Shown here: positions 40,762 through 55,219 of the stretch, piece by piece | How the letters are laid out: the number at the start of each line of letters is the position of its first letter | Numbering within the stretch: position 1 is the first letter of the stretch | NCBI GenBank assembly: GCA_004764695.1 | Contig: SMSO01000014.1 | Coordinates: forward strand, 7,398,265-7,462,264 | Length of the DNA stretch: 64,000 nt | From: Schizochytrium sp. TIO01 | Taxonomy: Eukaryota; Protista; Bigyra: Labyrinthulomycetes | Direction: 5' to 3' | Made by a program: the position numbers and the translations under genes | Notes under the pieces: generated by a model | What the model was told of the DNA's origin: nothing | Database searches by the model: none | Seen by the model: only the letters and a program-made list of their open reading frames with translations

Positions 40762-41244
40762 TGTCTCGTTCCCTGATTGATCGAGACGCAATCGGGGGAA
40801 CGAAGTTAAGGCTAGCCGCGGAACAGTGAGGAGAAAGAAAATGCGTGCGGAGAGCGCAGTCGCAACTCTTTGAGAGAACTTAAACTGGTGAGTGAGTTAA
40901 GCTAAAGCGGAGACTAAAGGAGCCTTGCTGGGTGTGAGCGTGGTGAGACTCTGGTGGCTGTGGGTAGCCGGGGATATTGGGTATGCTTGGGAAGGTGTGT
41001 AGGTTATCTTGTTGCACGGTAGCGTGCACGATAACTCGTTGTGCGATAGCGTGCACGGTAAGAGGAAATCTTTTATCGGTAAAAGATTTTCGATAAAAGG
41101 AAAATTTCTTTTTAACTTTTCTTTTAAGTGAAAAGTAAAAGAAATTGTGGGTTGAAAGTTTTCTCTGGTTTTTCTTGATATGGAATATGAGGCGAATGCA
41201 TTCATTAGACAACTTGTATGGAAATAGCCTAGAGGGCCAGGACA
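40762..41244 (-). repeat. 5' LTR (~480 bp; inner end tentative)
   Basis: Starts TGTC, candidate end GACA at 40762; homology to the decayed copy at 45894-46367 covers a similar length; no tRNA PBS identified. Confidence 0.6.
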
Positions 41245-41632
41245 CTATGTAAAACCTCATACCTCGATCAGATACCGCTTTCTTAGCAATATCCAAGAGA
41301 CTCACAACGCTGCTCAGATCGTTCTGAGAAAAAACGCGCTGATCCAGCCAGGTAGCAAAGAGAATTGTATTGTCAGGCACGTAATCAATGGCGTAAGAGG
41401 TAATAAGGTGGCCACGAAAGAAAGAAATTTGGAGACCACCAGGAGCAGTCCCTGCAATCGTGCGAGCTCGGATACCGCGCTTGATTGCATAAGTCTTACC
41501 GGCCCCTGAGGGAGCAACGAGAAGGTAAATACCTGCCGGGTCATTCTTCATGCTGTTCTGTACAACTCTATCGAGAGCCCGTTCAGGAAAAGAAAGGTTT
41601 TCAAATTCTAGCAGGTCTGTGTCCTGTTCCAT
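41245..41632 (-). pseudogene. N-terminal part of a P-loop NTPase gene interrupted by the retrotransposon
   Basis: IYLLVAPSGAGKT Walker A; the frame reads into the LTR at ...RFYIV|SWPSRL. Confidence 0.7.
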
Positions 41633-44600
41633 TTGATTTGCGAGCTCCTCGCGCTCTGTATAATCATTGTTAGAGGAGCAAAAGCTAAACTTAGTAATCC
41701 AGACAGGTAAAGTCGACCAATGGACAGGCAGTACCTAGATAATCTATATATAGTAATGTGGAGTTTATGGATATTGCAGAAACCGAATGCGTGCTACAGA
41801 AAGTATTATGATACGCATCCTCTATCAAAGTCCACTATGGAGCAACAACAATGTTATTATTACAATATTAATGTTCCCCTATCAACAAAAGTGATATAAG
41901 TCATATAATGGAGTGTCATGCATCTGAGCAAAGTAGTAGCCAAATACTCAGATAAAGAGCAAATTGATCAAAATCATGGATTCATTGATCAATCAATTGA
42001 TGGATTGTATGTTTTGATTTTAAAATGCCCCAGCTGTTAGATATATTCCGAAATTATTGTGAAAAAAATGAAGAAAAAAATAGCAGTGAATAATCATACA
42101 TAACTTCTAGAATAATGAATGGAAAAAAAGCACACTCTCTAACATCTTAACACACATCATAATGCACTCGCTTCCCAGCTTTGGAAATATTCTGACCAAT
42201 ATTTGTGGTGAAGTAGTCATCTATACATACAATCTTTCAAAGTACAACTGTGACAGCTTTTAAAGGCTAGTACGATGCTCTCCGCCACTTGATTATCAAT
42301 TTGTATGTACTTCTCCAAGTAAATGAATGATAACATGTTAATATGCTTACACCCAATACCATTACAACACATGTCCACTGATTCCTTGCAATTCTAAGAG
42401 GGTTTAAAGATATAATGTGTGCATAAATTAATTTACCTTGCTTAATGCTTCAATCTATTAACTGAATATTAATGTAAAATATTATAAAAAATTATATAAA
42501 ATATAAAATATATATTATTTTTATTAAAATATATAATATTATCATTTTAAACATAAAATGTGTAATAATTTATCAAATATTAAATAATTAATATATTTTG
42601 TTATATTTAATCTATAATATACTTTATTTTGAGAATTAATCGTAGACTTTGATTGGTTTACAATTTAAATTCTACAGAAAGAAATGCAGGTGGGTTGGGT
42701 TGGGTATATTTCGGAATAGCTTGGGGTAGCCGAATGAGTTGGCACAGCTTACTAAGCTAATGATTAATAAATGTAATAAATAAACAATCTATTGAGTAAT
42801 GTACATTTTTACAAGTTTCCTTCTGGTCGGGAAGAAATTAATGATTGTACATATTTATTTAATAATATTATATAAATAACAATCTGCCACATGGATATGT
42901 ATGTATGTACTTAAAAGTGTAAGGAGACATTCAACGGCTTAGGCTACTACTTAGTAACTAGTAACATACTGTTGAACAACACATGCAATATTATATAATA
43001 CAATAAGCAAGCCCCAAGACTTTCTACAATGGTAAGATCATGATGGATGCATCATGCTTATTTATTTGTGTGTATGTCCAAAAAAAGGAGAAGAGAAGAT
43101 GCCCTTTGAAACAAACAGCTACTATATTATTAAATATATAATATATAATATAGTAGTTAGTATAAAGTCTAAACTGATAGTATATTCAACAAATCAATCC
43201 TCTTGAGTTCACAGCTGTGGACATCTTAGTAACCTATCATTGACATTTAATGTCCAAGGCAACTAACTACCCAAATTTGACCAACCTTTTTCTACCGTTG
43301 TTAAGTTTGAACCTAGCTAGGATGATAGAGTTTTGTAAAAACGATTATAGTTAATCTGATTAAGTAGCATTACCTATACAAATATCTCCTTATTCTAGCA
43401 AGCTAGCTACTAACATGGCATACATGACCGGTAGAGCGGTGATGCGTCGATGCAAAATCTATACTATTAGCATAACTGTGAGATATAAAAACCTACATTC
43501 AAGAATTCAGCATAAAAATCAATAAACAAAGAGACTCCTTCAAGATGAAACCAGATTAGAGTAAAAGTGTAAAGCGAAAGACTTTTTGATAGCAACTTTT
43601 CTGCTGGTAAAGATTAAAATTTAAAGAAAGAAAAAGAGTTGTGTATGTGGAAGAAGTGGGCCATTCTAGAAACTCTCAGACGAAGGAAGAGAAATGTTGA
43701 TTCTGAAGAAGTCAATTTAACAGGAGGATCTAAATTGCAAGGAAGATGTATCTAACTATTAAGTGATCAAAACAATCAAACAGATTAAAGAAATCGATAA
43801 CATCGGACCTATAATTAAGAATTTCCAGCCAAAAGGAGGTAATGAGACGTGGTTATGATTACTTAGAGGTATTTGGGGAAATGTCTTAGATGGTAGTAGT
43901 TAGTTAGTGTTATGGCTAGGGTTGTCTTGTTGAATGTACTTGATAGATTCAAGTGCTTCTGGTCGCTTTGGGATTTCGGGCCTGCCTGCAGGTTTTGCTT
44001 TGCAGACTCTTCTCGATGCTTGCTTGGTTCCCTTCATTCCCTGGTTGATTCCAGCGTAGTGTTGTACATCGCCCATCATGCCATCATGACACTTTTGTCC
44101 TGGTTTCGTCAGATAGGGGCTCCTCTTAACCTTGCGAAGTCATGTCGCAGAGATGTATTTGAATTCCTTCTCAGTAGGAGGAAACTAAATTAAATTATTT
44201 CATTACAACCAGTGGCTAAACCTATCCTGTAAAAACTAAGAAACAATGGTAGCGTCCCAGTGTAATAGAAGCTACTATTACAGCTACAGAAGGATACCAA
44301 GCCACTGCCCAGTGACATTGAATCTGTCAAGAAAAAAAACGTCTGGTCAGTAAGAAAAACATAGCGAAAACGAGGAGGGGGACTAGTTGAAAACGATGCT
44401 CTGTTGCTTTTGAAGATCGCTGAAAGGGCAACACAATAGAAAAGAAAACCAAAAACAACAAGGACAGTGCGGTTGATTGCCTACCTATAAATGATATTAG
44501 AAGAGCTTAGATCAGGTGGCGCCAACGCCGACAGAACATATTCGATAGAAAAGAAGAATAAATCAATACACAAGTAAATACTAGGCTATTTATATTTATT

Positions 44601-44643
44601 AAAAGGTTGCCTTATGAATGTATCTATTTTATATTTTATGTAT

Positions 44644-44739
44644 ACAAACAAACAAACAAACAAACAAACAAACAAACAAACAAACAAACAAACAAACAAA
44701 CAAACAAACAAACAAACAAACAAACAAACAAACAAACAA
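44644..44739 (+). repeat. (ACAA)n microsatellite, ~24 units
   Basis: Read directly. Confidence 0.95.
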
Positions 44740-45893
44740 TAATAAATAGGCTCATAAGTTCATTTATTTGCATAGGGTAATTAATGGAACGCCAAATAAG
44801 CCCATACACTTCATATCAGGAAAAAAGAAAAGAAGACTTTCACTTCTTTCAAGTTAAAAATTCTTTTTAATGAAAGGTGTTAAAATTATTTTAATTCTTC
44901 TAACTGCATTGAAGATATTTCCTCAATTTTATGCATTATTATATTGATGAGGAAGTCGCACGCCTTTCGGTGAGAAGTATCTCCACAAATCATACACCCC
45001 CAATACACCAGCGATACTATCGCTCGAAGTCTGACTCCGACCTCTTAGTCTACATATAGCTTTCCTTACTTCCTCAAATTTTTGAAAGAGCTGCCTGCAA
45101 CTATGCCTCGCGAATGCAGAGTCTCTCATAAATTCATAAGGTGGCCATCCTGACCTCCTTCTACCTTGCGACTAACTTTTCAATCGGCCCAGGGATACGG
45201 TAAAGTACCACTTACTTATGGTACTTTCTAATGTCAGCTATGACTAGAGAAATCACAGTTGTGACGAGAGCACTGGAAACTAGGAGTGAGAAGGAAAAGT
45301 CATTGTAGAGGTAAGAAGGTCATGCGAATAGAGGTTGAAGAGGGCGAGAGTTATGGAAAGATAGTTGATACAGGACAAAAACACTATTAGGTAGCGAGAA
45401 GTGATTATAGGTACAGCCTTTTCATAACCCTTCTCAATAGAAACGAAGGAACGAAAATTGAGATAGCCACCCTATAGATGCTATGGGTGGAATTCAACAA
45501 AGGTGTTAAATTGAATACTAGATTATGCTCAGAAGCTCAACTAACATAGTCAGATAGGTATTTGAGAAGCCATGGAATTCAAGACCATATTAAACTCAAC
45601 GTGGATAGTAAGATTCTAATTGAAGGAAAACCTGAAGAACATATTGCTAGAGTTCTTAGCGTCCTGTTGTAAGCTCTCAAATGTCTTTGGCTTACTTAGG
45701 ATCAGGTCTAGACAATAAGATGCGTGGTTGTGCATTCAAGATAGACGAGAAGTAAACGTTGGCATGCACGTTCACTGGGCATAATTACAGTGAAATCTGA
45801 ATTGATGGTGGAAGATGTCGGGGGATAATTTAGATAGGGAACCGGGGAGTACTAGGTATTGATTAGCGGTCATCAGACACGCCTTTTAATACC

Positions 45894-46367
45894 TGTGAGA
45901 GCCCTGGTTAATCGAACAATTAGGTTCAGGCATAAAGGAGTCCCTGAGGGAAGACTGGCCCAGAAAATGGACAGAGACAATGCATACGCGGGGCGTAGTC
46001 GCAGCTCTTTTAGAAAACCAAGCTCCTGTGAGTAAGTTTAGCTAAGTGTAGGCTAAGAAGTTGTGGTTCGACTGGTCGAGACTACTTGGGTGATTTTGGG
46101 TATGTTTTGATTGTGGAACTTGTTCTTCTATTAAAGGTGTACGATTTTCTTATTGGCAAGGTAGCATGCACGATAGGAGGAAATGCTTTGCCAAAAAAGA
46201 GTTTCGCTAAAAGTGTTTTCTTTTATCTTTGCGTTTCATGGAAAAGTAAAAGAAGCATTTATTTGAAAGAAGTAAAAGCTTTCTTTTTCTTTTTTTCATG
46301 AAATGAGATGTTGGGCGAATACATTCATAAGGCAACTTGTACAGAAATACCCTAGAGGGGCAGGACA
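45894..46367 (-). mobile_element. Decayed LTR of the same family
   Basis: Starts TGTCCTGCCCCTCTAGGGTATTTCTGTACAAGTTG; colinear similarity with 40762-41244 at several internal blocks. Confidence 0.8.
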
Positions 46368-48131
46368 GAGCCCTTAACAGAAGAATAAAGCTAGCCTAGC
46401 CTCCTTACTTATATCTAGCATTGACCAAGTCTGTCTTAGTATCTTAATTACAATATAAATCAGTCTGCGTCAGTATTGAATAATTCCAAGAACAGCAGAT
46501 CGCTAAAAATTAAAGAGGTCTTCTTAAACCTTTCTAGGCATTGTGCTGGTCCTCGTTGCTCCATCTTCATAGTCTAACTAGAATCAATGTTCAGAGGCTG
46601 TGTACACGTACTTTGTATTATTCTGGTCCCAGAGTTCATGACAGTATTGACATTTGCCTTACTATCCTCAGAAGATTGAGTACCAAGGTTGTTTACTGCA
46701 TTTGGTCTACATCAAGCTTTGATTTCAGTAGTAACACATGTATAAATTTGCTGAGGTCTCCAATCAAAGGAACTAGTGGACAATACATTGCTAGAGTTTC
46801 TGGCGTCCCTTTGTGAAACCCTCGTAGACATGGGTCTTACAATAGAGCAAAAGTAGGCAGCCAGAGTCAAGAATCAAAAGCGTGACTGCACATGTCCTAC
46901 ATCCAAGTATGGTGTAACTTGAATCGATAGTGAAAGATGTTGAATTAACCTGACCCCATCAATTATCTCTAATGCCTTTCAAGAATGTCTTTTAGCTTCC
47001 TTAAATACTAGATGAGTTCATCTGCCCTGAAATTCATTCTCCAGGACAGCAGTTCGCTAACTCTTAAATCAACCTTCTTAAATCCTTCATCAAGATCCTT
47101 GCCTTCATCTCTACAGTCAACCTCAAGCTGACCAGAATCATCTTTTAGCAACATCCCACAGTCTAAGGTGCTACTTTCCCTAAATATGGCGACGAGGTAC
47201 TTTCGGGCAAATGTAAAAGAGCTCTGTCAAAAAACAAACAAGAGTGACAAAGCTGTGACCCTACTTATATTTGAATGACCACTTATTCCGATATTGATCA
47301 AGTGATGATTTTGATAGTCTTCATTGTTGCTGTTGATCTACGTGTTAAGGTTTTGGTATCATCAGAGCTCGAACGGTAACCAAACAGCAAAAAATTAAAA
47401 GCTGGGAGAGTATTGGAGAAGATAGTTTTCACTTAGGCTTTTAGGTAAGAGGTCTGGTGCCCTTGGGATCTTCTCAAATTCTTGTCGACCAACTATAACT
47501 TCATTTAAGCCCTTCCTGAAAATATTAAATAAAGAATTATGTGAAAAAGACATTGCTAGAGTTCTTGGTATAGCATTGTAAGTGACCAATATTTATTTTT
47601 AAAGAAGACTTGAATAACTAGATAGGAAACCAAAAACTAAGGAAGTCAGGATGACAAATCCCCTGGCATCTATAAAAGAAAGAGAATAGGAGAAACCTAA
47701 CTTATGGTGAAAAAGAAGAAGAGATAATGACATAACCTTCTCAACTCTCTATATAAATAAGATGTCTGTCATAGTGTTAACGAATTCAATATGAATCCCT
47801 CCACGTTGCATCAATCCTTATGTCAGTAGATCGCAAATTAAAAAGCCTAAGCTCACAAAATCTCATTAAACCACCCAAGCAACCTCCCTACATTTTGCCA
47901 GTCAGTCTGTAGTTAAGTAGGTGGCAGTTCCTCGTAAGACTAAAACAGCTTGATTCGAACTTAGAAAATATAGTGAGGTTTATTTATTTCGTTCATTCAA
48001 CCTGAAAGTGGTCTAAGCCATCTTAGTTCATGAGGTGGATACACGTCATATCTTTTGTACGGAGGAGGAAAACTCCACAGCTAGAGTTTTGCCTTACTTC
48101 TTTCTTTTGGTGACCTCCATTATTTGGATAC

Positions 48132-48190
48132 TGTTCTGGCCCTTTAGGATATTTCAATCAACTAGCAACAATGCCTCCATATTTTCATAG
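48132..48190 (+). mobile_element. Short decayed LTR start
   Basis: TGTTCTGGCCCTTTAGGATATTTC resembles TGTCCTGGCCCTCTAGGCTATTTC. Confidence 0.5.
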
Positions 48191-48828
48191 AAGCTACTAC
48201 ATACTGCTGAAACTCATGGTACAATTAGGTAGAGGCTGACTTCTCAAACAAAGGTAAGCTACTTGGGTACTTTGCAGACTTAAACTTTCAAGTCCTGAAA
48301 GGTGACTCTGGTCAGCTAGAGGTTAAGTATGAAGATGAAGGGAAGAGGCATCATAAAATTTGTTTTAAGATGTAGCGGTTTACTATCCTCGAAATCAGAT
48401 TCCAAGGTAGACTGATTCATATCATGATTATGAGACTCGTACGTGCTAGACATAATTGACAAGGCTAGGTTAACTCGTCTCTGTAATCATCAACTCAGAT
48501 TCCGCCATACTTGGTTTCAGAGAATGCGTATGTATGTACACTATTGGTTTGTGGCTTTACAATCATGCAAGCTTGGTTGACTAGTTCGATTCCTATGTAA
48601 GTCCTAAAGCCTTGGGTCTTACAACAATAAAATGTCTAGAAAGAAGTCTAGCAATGTCTCATCCACTAGTTTTCGATTGGAGATCTCAGTCTCAAGTTAG
48701 CTGTCAGCTGGCCTAGTCTGTGAATCTCATAGTGAAGGTATCCATATCAGATTAGTAGACTAAACTAGATATAAACTATATTATGTACGGCTGCAAAGAT
48801 CAACTTATCTATTTCCCAAGTCACCAGT

Positions 48829-48985
48829 TGTCCTCGGCCCTATAGGCTATTTCTATACAAATTACCTAACAAATGCATTTGCCTTATATTTCACATCAAA
48901 ACAGAGAAAATTTTACTGTTCCACTATTAAAAAAATAAAAATTAAACGAAAGTTAAAGTGTTATCGTGCGCACTCTTGCGCAATA
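48829..48985 (+). mobile_element. Decayed partial LTR of the same family, opposite orientation
   Basis: TGTCCTCGGCCCTATAGGCTATTTCTATACAAATTACCTAACAAATGCATTTGCCTTATATT aligns with the LTR 5' end. Confidence 0.78.
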
Positions 48986-51605
48986 TGAAAAGCACGTACA
49001 CCTTAAAAAGAAGAACAAGAAGAAGCTGCGCATGTAAGCATACCCCGATCAATTACATTTTTGCAGCAAAGCAACTGACTAATACTATTTAAAGAGAGAG
49101 AAGCAATTTCACAGTAGCATAAGATCTATATACTGTTTACTTGAAACGTATTGTAGGGATCTTTGCAAGGAAAACTAGCATTATGTCATAGGGAAATGCT
49201 TGGGAGGCAAGGGGGATGTATGGAGGTCGTCATCTCTAGAGCTTGACGACAAAGGGTCAACTTCAAGATGCCCCCAAAGGGAAATGCCTGATTTGATAGG
49301 ACACTTAGTATTATTCAAGGCAAAATCCATGACAGATCAACACGGCTCAGAAGTGTACCATTTTAGCTTTCCAATGCACAAAGGCCCACCAACCCAAGAA
49401 ATTAAAGCACCTGTCATAGAATAACAGCTATTAGACGTCCAGGTAGACGCTTTTACTAACTTAGCACCATAGTAGACGTCATCTAGGGTTGTTCTCGCAC
49501 GATGAACCAACCAATATTGATATGCACAATACATGCTATTATTCAATACATGTTATTGTCTAGCTTGACGGATTTCTTTCACTTGGTGTTCATTATTTAG
49601 GAGCACAGATCGCAAACAAGAAGTAAGTATCGACACTTCGACTGACTTTTTCATGATTTTAATCCACATTCGTCACTTATTACTTGTCCATACCTTCTCT
49701 AAAAGGCCTCTTACTTGACAGCCACTAAGGCCTGAAAGTGTTTTCACACGGTGCATTCATATGCCATAGCGCTGGAACGTACTCTCTGTTTAATTCTGTC
49801 CAACTTTGCAAAATATAGCCTACTATAGTCTAATAAGGCATGCTACTGCTTATTATTATTATCAATGCTCTTTACCTTTGCTTTGTTTAAACGCCCAGGC
49901 CCTCTAGCTCACGCTCATATGATTTCCTTCAATCAATACCGGATTAATCTCTAGATCATTGGAGTGTGAATTTTCACTTAGCGTAGCATCGTTGTTTAAA
50001 AATTAAATAAAGATTGTCTTCATGTTTACATGAGCTTCTGCTCCTCTTTAAAGCAGTAGAGCAGATATTGCTACTTGAATTTTATTATTATTATTATTTA
50101 GCAGAAGCTTGTTGTACTTGAGCCATAGTCCCATTCAAAGCGCACACACTAAGCGGATCTACAATCCGAAAGCTCTGAGCCATTCAGGGACAGTTTTTTC
50201 TTTTTGTTCAATTCAGTCAAGTATGCAATGTAGAGACCTTTGATGGATTGTATTAACCAGAGAATCAAATCGTTTTCCGTTTTCGATTACCCAAATAACA
50301 TCCTATACCTGTCGAGCCATGTTTATGCCTTCAGTTCTGATGAAGTACATCATGGTTATCAAACAAATTCTGGCAATATTGCAGCTATGAAGGCAATGCA
50401 TTTTTGCTTATGTTTTAGTTTTAATGGAGCTACCGCTATGCGCACTGTATATGTATTGTACCACCAATAAACATTAAACAATGTTGAATTTTATTTAAGC
50501 CAAGAATAGAACAAGTCTCCGATAGGAGCTACTAAAGTTTACGCAGAGTTTCACAGCTCTCGCAACAATACAATAGTTGCTTCAACACAGAGTCTGGAAT
50601 AAATCGAGTTTCCACAAAGAGGAGAAATAAGCCTTCCGACTGATTTCTCGGTATAGTGTTCTATATCGGCAAAGTAGTTATGGATTTTAGAGATCAGAAA
50701 GTTGGGAAGCACAAGAAATTTACTCTGCCTAGAATTAGTCAAGAGTAGAAAGGTTTCAATCCAATTTTAAAAGATCTAGTACTGAGCGAGAAAACGGGAA
50801 CAACACTAGGTCAAGATTTCGAGAGGCTAAGAAGAATGCCTTTTGTTAGCCATCATACGAATACATTAAGTAATGAAGGGACCGAAGCAAGCTACAAGAT
50901 GAGTTTGCAAGGAAATGTGACAACAGATTCGAATCACATATCAAACCGTAAGCATAACAGCCAAAAACATTTCTTTGATACCCTCTAAGCAACATATACG
51001 ACAGTACGTCCGAATTATGTTTGGCGCGTATTTGAAAGACTTACCGCTGCTACAGAGAGACTAAAAATAGGTAGGCAGATGCATGCAAGAAATCTAGCAT
51101 CAAATCTTTCGGGGTCTGTTTCGAAGAGCTCGTTTCCAGATCTGATAAGTCTGAGTCCTTTGCTTGCAATCACCCAGCCGCGGCGTCACAATATACAAGA
51201 TGAAATTTTGGTTTTCTTCGAATAGGGAAATGCTTTTCCTTCCGCCTACTTTGAGATACCTGTATCAGAGGAAAAGGTAGTAGGTATTAGTAGGTACTTA
51301 GTACATCTGCAGTTCATAATGTTTTGGTCACCTGCTCCGTGCTGCAACGTATTTTGTTCTGTATTAGTTTGAACTTTTGAGTGACCAGCTATTGAGTTAT
51401 TGGGTTCTACAGAGGGTCCAAAAGAACTTTCATAAAATGTTGATAGAGGATAACTTAATCTTACTTGCCAGAGATTATACTCTATCCTTTCAAGTATAGA
51501 TAGGTAAAACCTCAAGGCCGCTATGAAATGGAAGTAGTATATACCTACCAGTACTTACTATCTGCCTGGTTCATTCGTTTCCGCCAGCGTTGCGTTTTTA
51601 TTCCA

Positions 51606-51727
51606 GTGCAAAGATTGATTATAGTAGGCCTCTGACTAGTGACAGCGAGGTCAAAACGTCGTGTAGGTGCAAAGATTGATTATAGTAGGCCTCTGACTAG
51701 TGAAAGCGAGGTCAAAACGTCGTGTAG
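51606..51727 (+). repeat. 61-bp tandem duplication (1 mismatch)
   Basis: Units start at 51606 and 51667. Confidence 0.92.
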
Positions 51728-54700
51728 GTATCTACCCTGGTCGAAGTAGGTTGTAAGCGTACAAGCGACATGCTACAATACTCCTCATCGAACAATGGAT
51801 GATCAGAATTGTAGCACCCTCACCTTTAAATTGAGTGAGTACAAAATAGGAGAGAGCCTCCCAAGTTTATAACTAGTGATCTAAGTAATAGCAATAGGGA
51901 CTGTAGTAAGGGATGCTATAGCTTTGTCGGTCGCACTGCCACCTGCTGCAAAAAAATCAGAAATAAGTTTCTATCATAACTCTAGAAGCATCTCCATCAA
52001 AGCAGAATCACAAATGCATCTCCAAAGGAAAATGGTTTCAAGCTCCCTCATTTTTTTCTACCACTGCTGATTTTCATAACCATCATGATGGTGGTATCCT
52101 TTTCTTCGCAATTTGTAGCATTAACTATCTCCAAGAGAAGGGAGAATCATATTCTGATTGTTGTCATACCCCCTTCCAAATACGAGAGCTAGTAGTAGAT
52201 ATTTGGTTCTCGTTGGTGCCACAAATTTTACCATGATAGTAGTGACAAAGGGTAAAATTGCTTGGGTAACAGAGTTTGCTCAAAGACACTTTTTGATAGA
52301 CCAACCATAATAGTCATAGCTGCAGCTACTATTGAAACCGAATATCCTAGGTGGAGCTCATTAAATCAACTGCTAGCCCTCTTCATGGTGGATCCTAGCA
52401 TCACCAACCTAAAAAGCTTTCTTTCCTTAATTCGAAATTTTACTCCGAAATAAACTGCTAATCCAGATTATGTATCTAGCACACTAGAATTGTTATTTGG
52501 GGTGTTATTGTTTTTGATTTTTTAAAATAATATGAAGAAGTAATTTTATTACATTTAGCTACTAATGATACTACTACTGCAAAGAATAGTAATGCAATTA
52601 AGGTAAAATGAAATTAAACATAATTAATTAATTTAAAAAGAAGCTTATTTTAAAGTGTAAAAATTCACTTTAAAAAAGGAGAGAAACTGTTTTAACACTT
52701 TTATGTTAGAAGAGTTCGACATGCCGGAAACGGATGCGGAGTTTGCACACTAGTATTCTAGGTCTGTTGGTTTTTGCAAAAGTAGCATGCTCTCTCTTGC
52801 TGATGGATGGTGGCACGGCAGCGAAGGAGATCTTCGCGATCCAGATAGTGAACACTTTATTCTCAGCATGGATCGTCCGCCAAAATGCCGTTTGATAGTG
52901 CTGGAGTGTTTATAATTCATAATTTTTTAAATTTGTGGCCTTGTTAGTAAAAGGTAAAAGTATTCGCTTTGCATTGGTCATTATGCTTTTCCTTATTTGG
53001 GGCACTATGAGTTCTCTTAGGAAGCTAGCTAGTTACAAAGGATGCTCGCAACATTTCTCATTTGATTTTTTAGAAATGCTACCTAGCAGCAACAGCGGCA
53101 ATTGATATTTTGTTCAATCTTTCAAATTGGTCTAGGTGCAACAAAATTGTTGCACAGGCGGGAGCGGATAAAAAACAACTTTGGTAAGCTGGTGTTTGTT
53201 TTTCGATCTGTGGTTTAGATGCAAGGGCCCAGTGACGCCTCTAGAATTGCGAAGCAGTCACGCGAGTGGGGCCGGCTTCAAGTCTTCGGCGCTACATTAT
53301 GCGAAAAATTAGGAGAGGCATTCTAAAGTGAAAGCCACGTACAGATGAGTGAGGGCAAGTTGAGGTTTTTAGCCGAGTAAAAGAATTGCTCGGGACTCGA
53401 AGCAAATTTATAGCTATAATGAGCAATTCTTTCAGTTTAGTTGATAGTAGCAAACCATCAAGGAGAATTGTGTTGCACCACTGCTACTCTATATATTGCA
53501 GATTGTATGCACTAATTCGGAGTTTCATTCTGATGAGGAGACTTCATTGCTACCACTGACCTGCCTGCCTTCAAAAAAACCAAACCAAAAGACTTCAACT
53601 TGAAATAACTTGAACATCACACCTTTTTGAGAAGCAGGCTAAACCAAGAAAGTACTAATTATAAATTAACAATATAGGTACCTCCAATGGCTCTACTATA
53701 TTGAGCATGGCTAGCAAGCATACAGGAAAGAGACGCAGCAGCTCATCTCCTTTGGCTAGAGAGCTCCTTTGATTATGATTATACGCTACAAATAGTCGCT
53801 GGAGCTATCGCCAATGATATGCATTGCTTGAACCAAAAAAGTAAACTTGGGTGGCTAGGTAATACATAAGTAGTATATACCTATTTCAAGTTAAAGAAAC
53901 AGGTTTCTTTCACCCGGACGCGTAGCTAGCCTACGTACCGATGAGAATTATTGGGATTACTCATCCACGGTGCCCTTTTTAGTCTCTCTATTTGTTTTTA
54001 CGCCAGTGCTTCTACTGGTATTCTTATAACTTTGATTATGAATGTGACTGACTAATTATTTCAGTTGCTACTTGTAGTCCTAATATTTTAAACGTTCGTA
54101 TGTACTAGTATGTATGGTATAATTTATTAAAAAAGAAATACTAAAAATAGAAAAGAAGGAAAGAGGAAAATACCTCATGCTAGCACTACGATACTACTAA
54201 CAAGTAGTAATAGGGCGTCTGAAAGGTAGCACTTAAAAAAAAACAACAATTATTTTGATTTAAAAAAAGCTATTTTAAAAAGTTAAAAAAAGGAAGCCTT
54301 CAATAACCATGACACTTTTAAAAGAGGGCGGGCTTTGAAATAAAAAAAAGAAACAAAGGAACTTGAAAAAGAAAAGAGAAATATCGTGCCTTGTTCTGGT
54401 AAAGCAGATAGATGAGCTGCTCGGACTGAGGGAAGCGCTCGCTCGTCGAATATTTGCATACGCTTGAATATATATGCGTAGACTTGTTCGCAGCAAATCC
54501 TGAAAACAGCTGTAGCCCAAGGTAAACAATTTCAAGACGAAAAGCTGGGAGCAGGAGCCGCTAAAGGCCAGTTCCAGGAAATAACAGGCCTTTCAAAGCT
54601 TATATACAACCAACCAAGCGACTAGCAAGCAAGCAAAGCAAATAAACAAGCAACACGCGCAAACACTGAGGAGCCAATAGTGGCTGCGAGCAAGCGAGCA

Positions 54701-55219
54701 ATACTGAGACAGTAGCAGCTACCATCCTTCCATTCAGCCTAAACTCCTACTGTATACGTAACATATCTTATAAAGGTGCTACGAGAGTGAGACTGCTACC
54801 GCGAATTCAGGCAGTACTACTTTGTATTAACAGGAAAGGTAACAGTAGCATACATAGATAAAGTATACTGGGAAGAGCTACTAGGGAGACGCCAAGGTCT
54901 CCTTAAGGCTGTAGCAAATCATCAAAGTGGAGCAATCGACCTGAGTACCTGAGATTGTAGCACCATTCAAACCCAGGGCAGCCTCAATAATTAGATCAGA
55001 GCACGAATTCTAGAGAGCTTTGTAGAGAGGTGGAGTTGCGTGCTACTACTTGGACGCTGCATATATCATTTGGGTACTGCACGGAAACGACTCCCGATCA
55101 CCTTGAGAGTTGAACACGTGCAAGGGGGCACTCCATCGTAATATACATAGGCGTGGATTTGGTCGTGGCAGCGAGGAGGTTGCGCAAGGCGAGCAACAGC
55201 CACACAGAACTTGTGCTGA

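Larger units (their letters stand above)
34429..41244 (-). mobile_element. Ty3/Gypsy (chromovirus-like) LTR retrotransposon with truncated 3' LTR
   Basis: gag-PR-RT-RH-IN order; identical 52-bp LTR start TGTCCTGGCC... at 41244 and 34480. Confidence 0.93.

Noticed and set aside
40880-41244. C-terminal half of the 250-aa ORF
   Set aside because: Read-through into LTR sequence
53136-53155. Palindrome GTGCAACAA-AA-TTGTTGCAC
   Set aside because: Isolated and short, with no supporting context
46400-54500. Short ORFs and possible decayed pol or gene remnants
   Set aside because: Too degenerate to assign without a translated search
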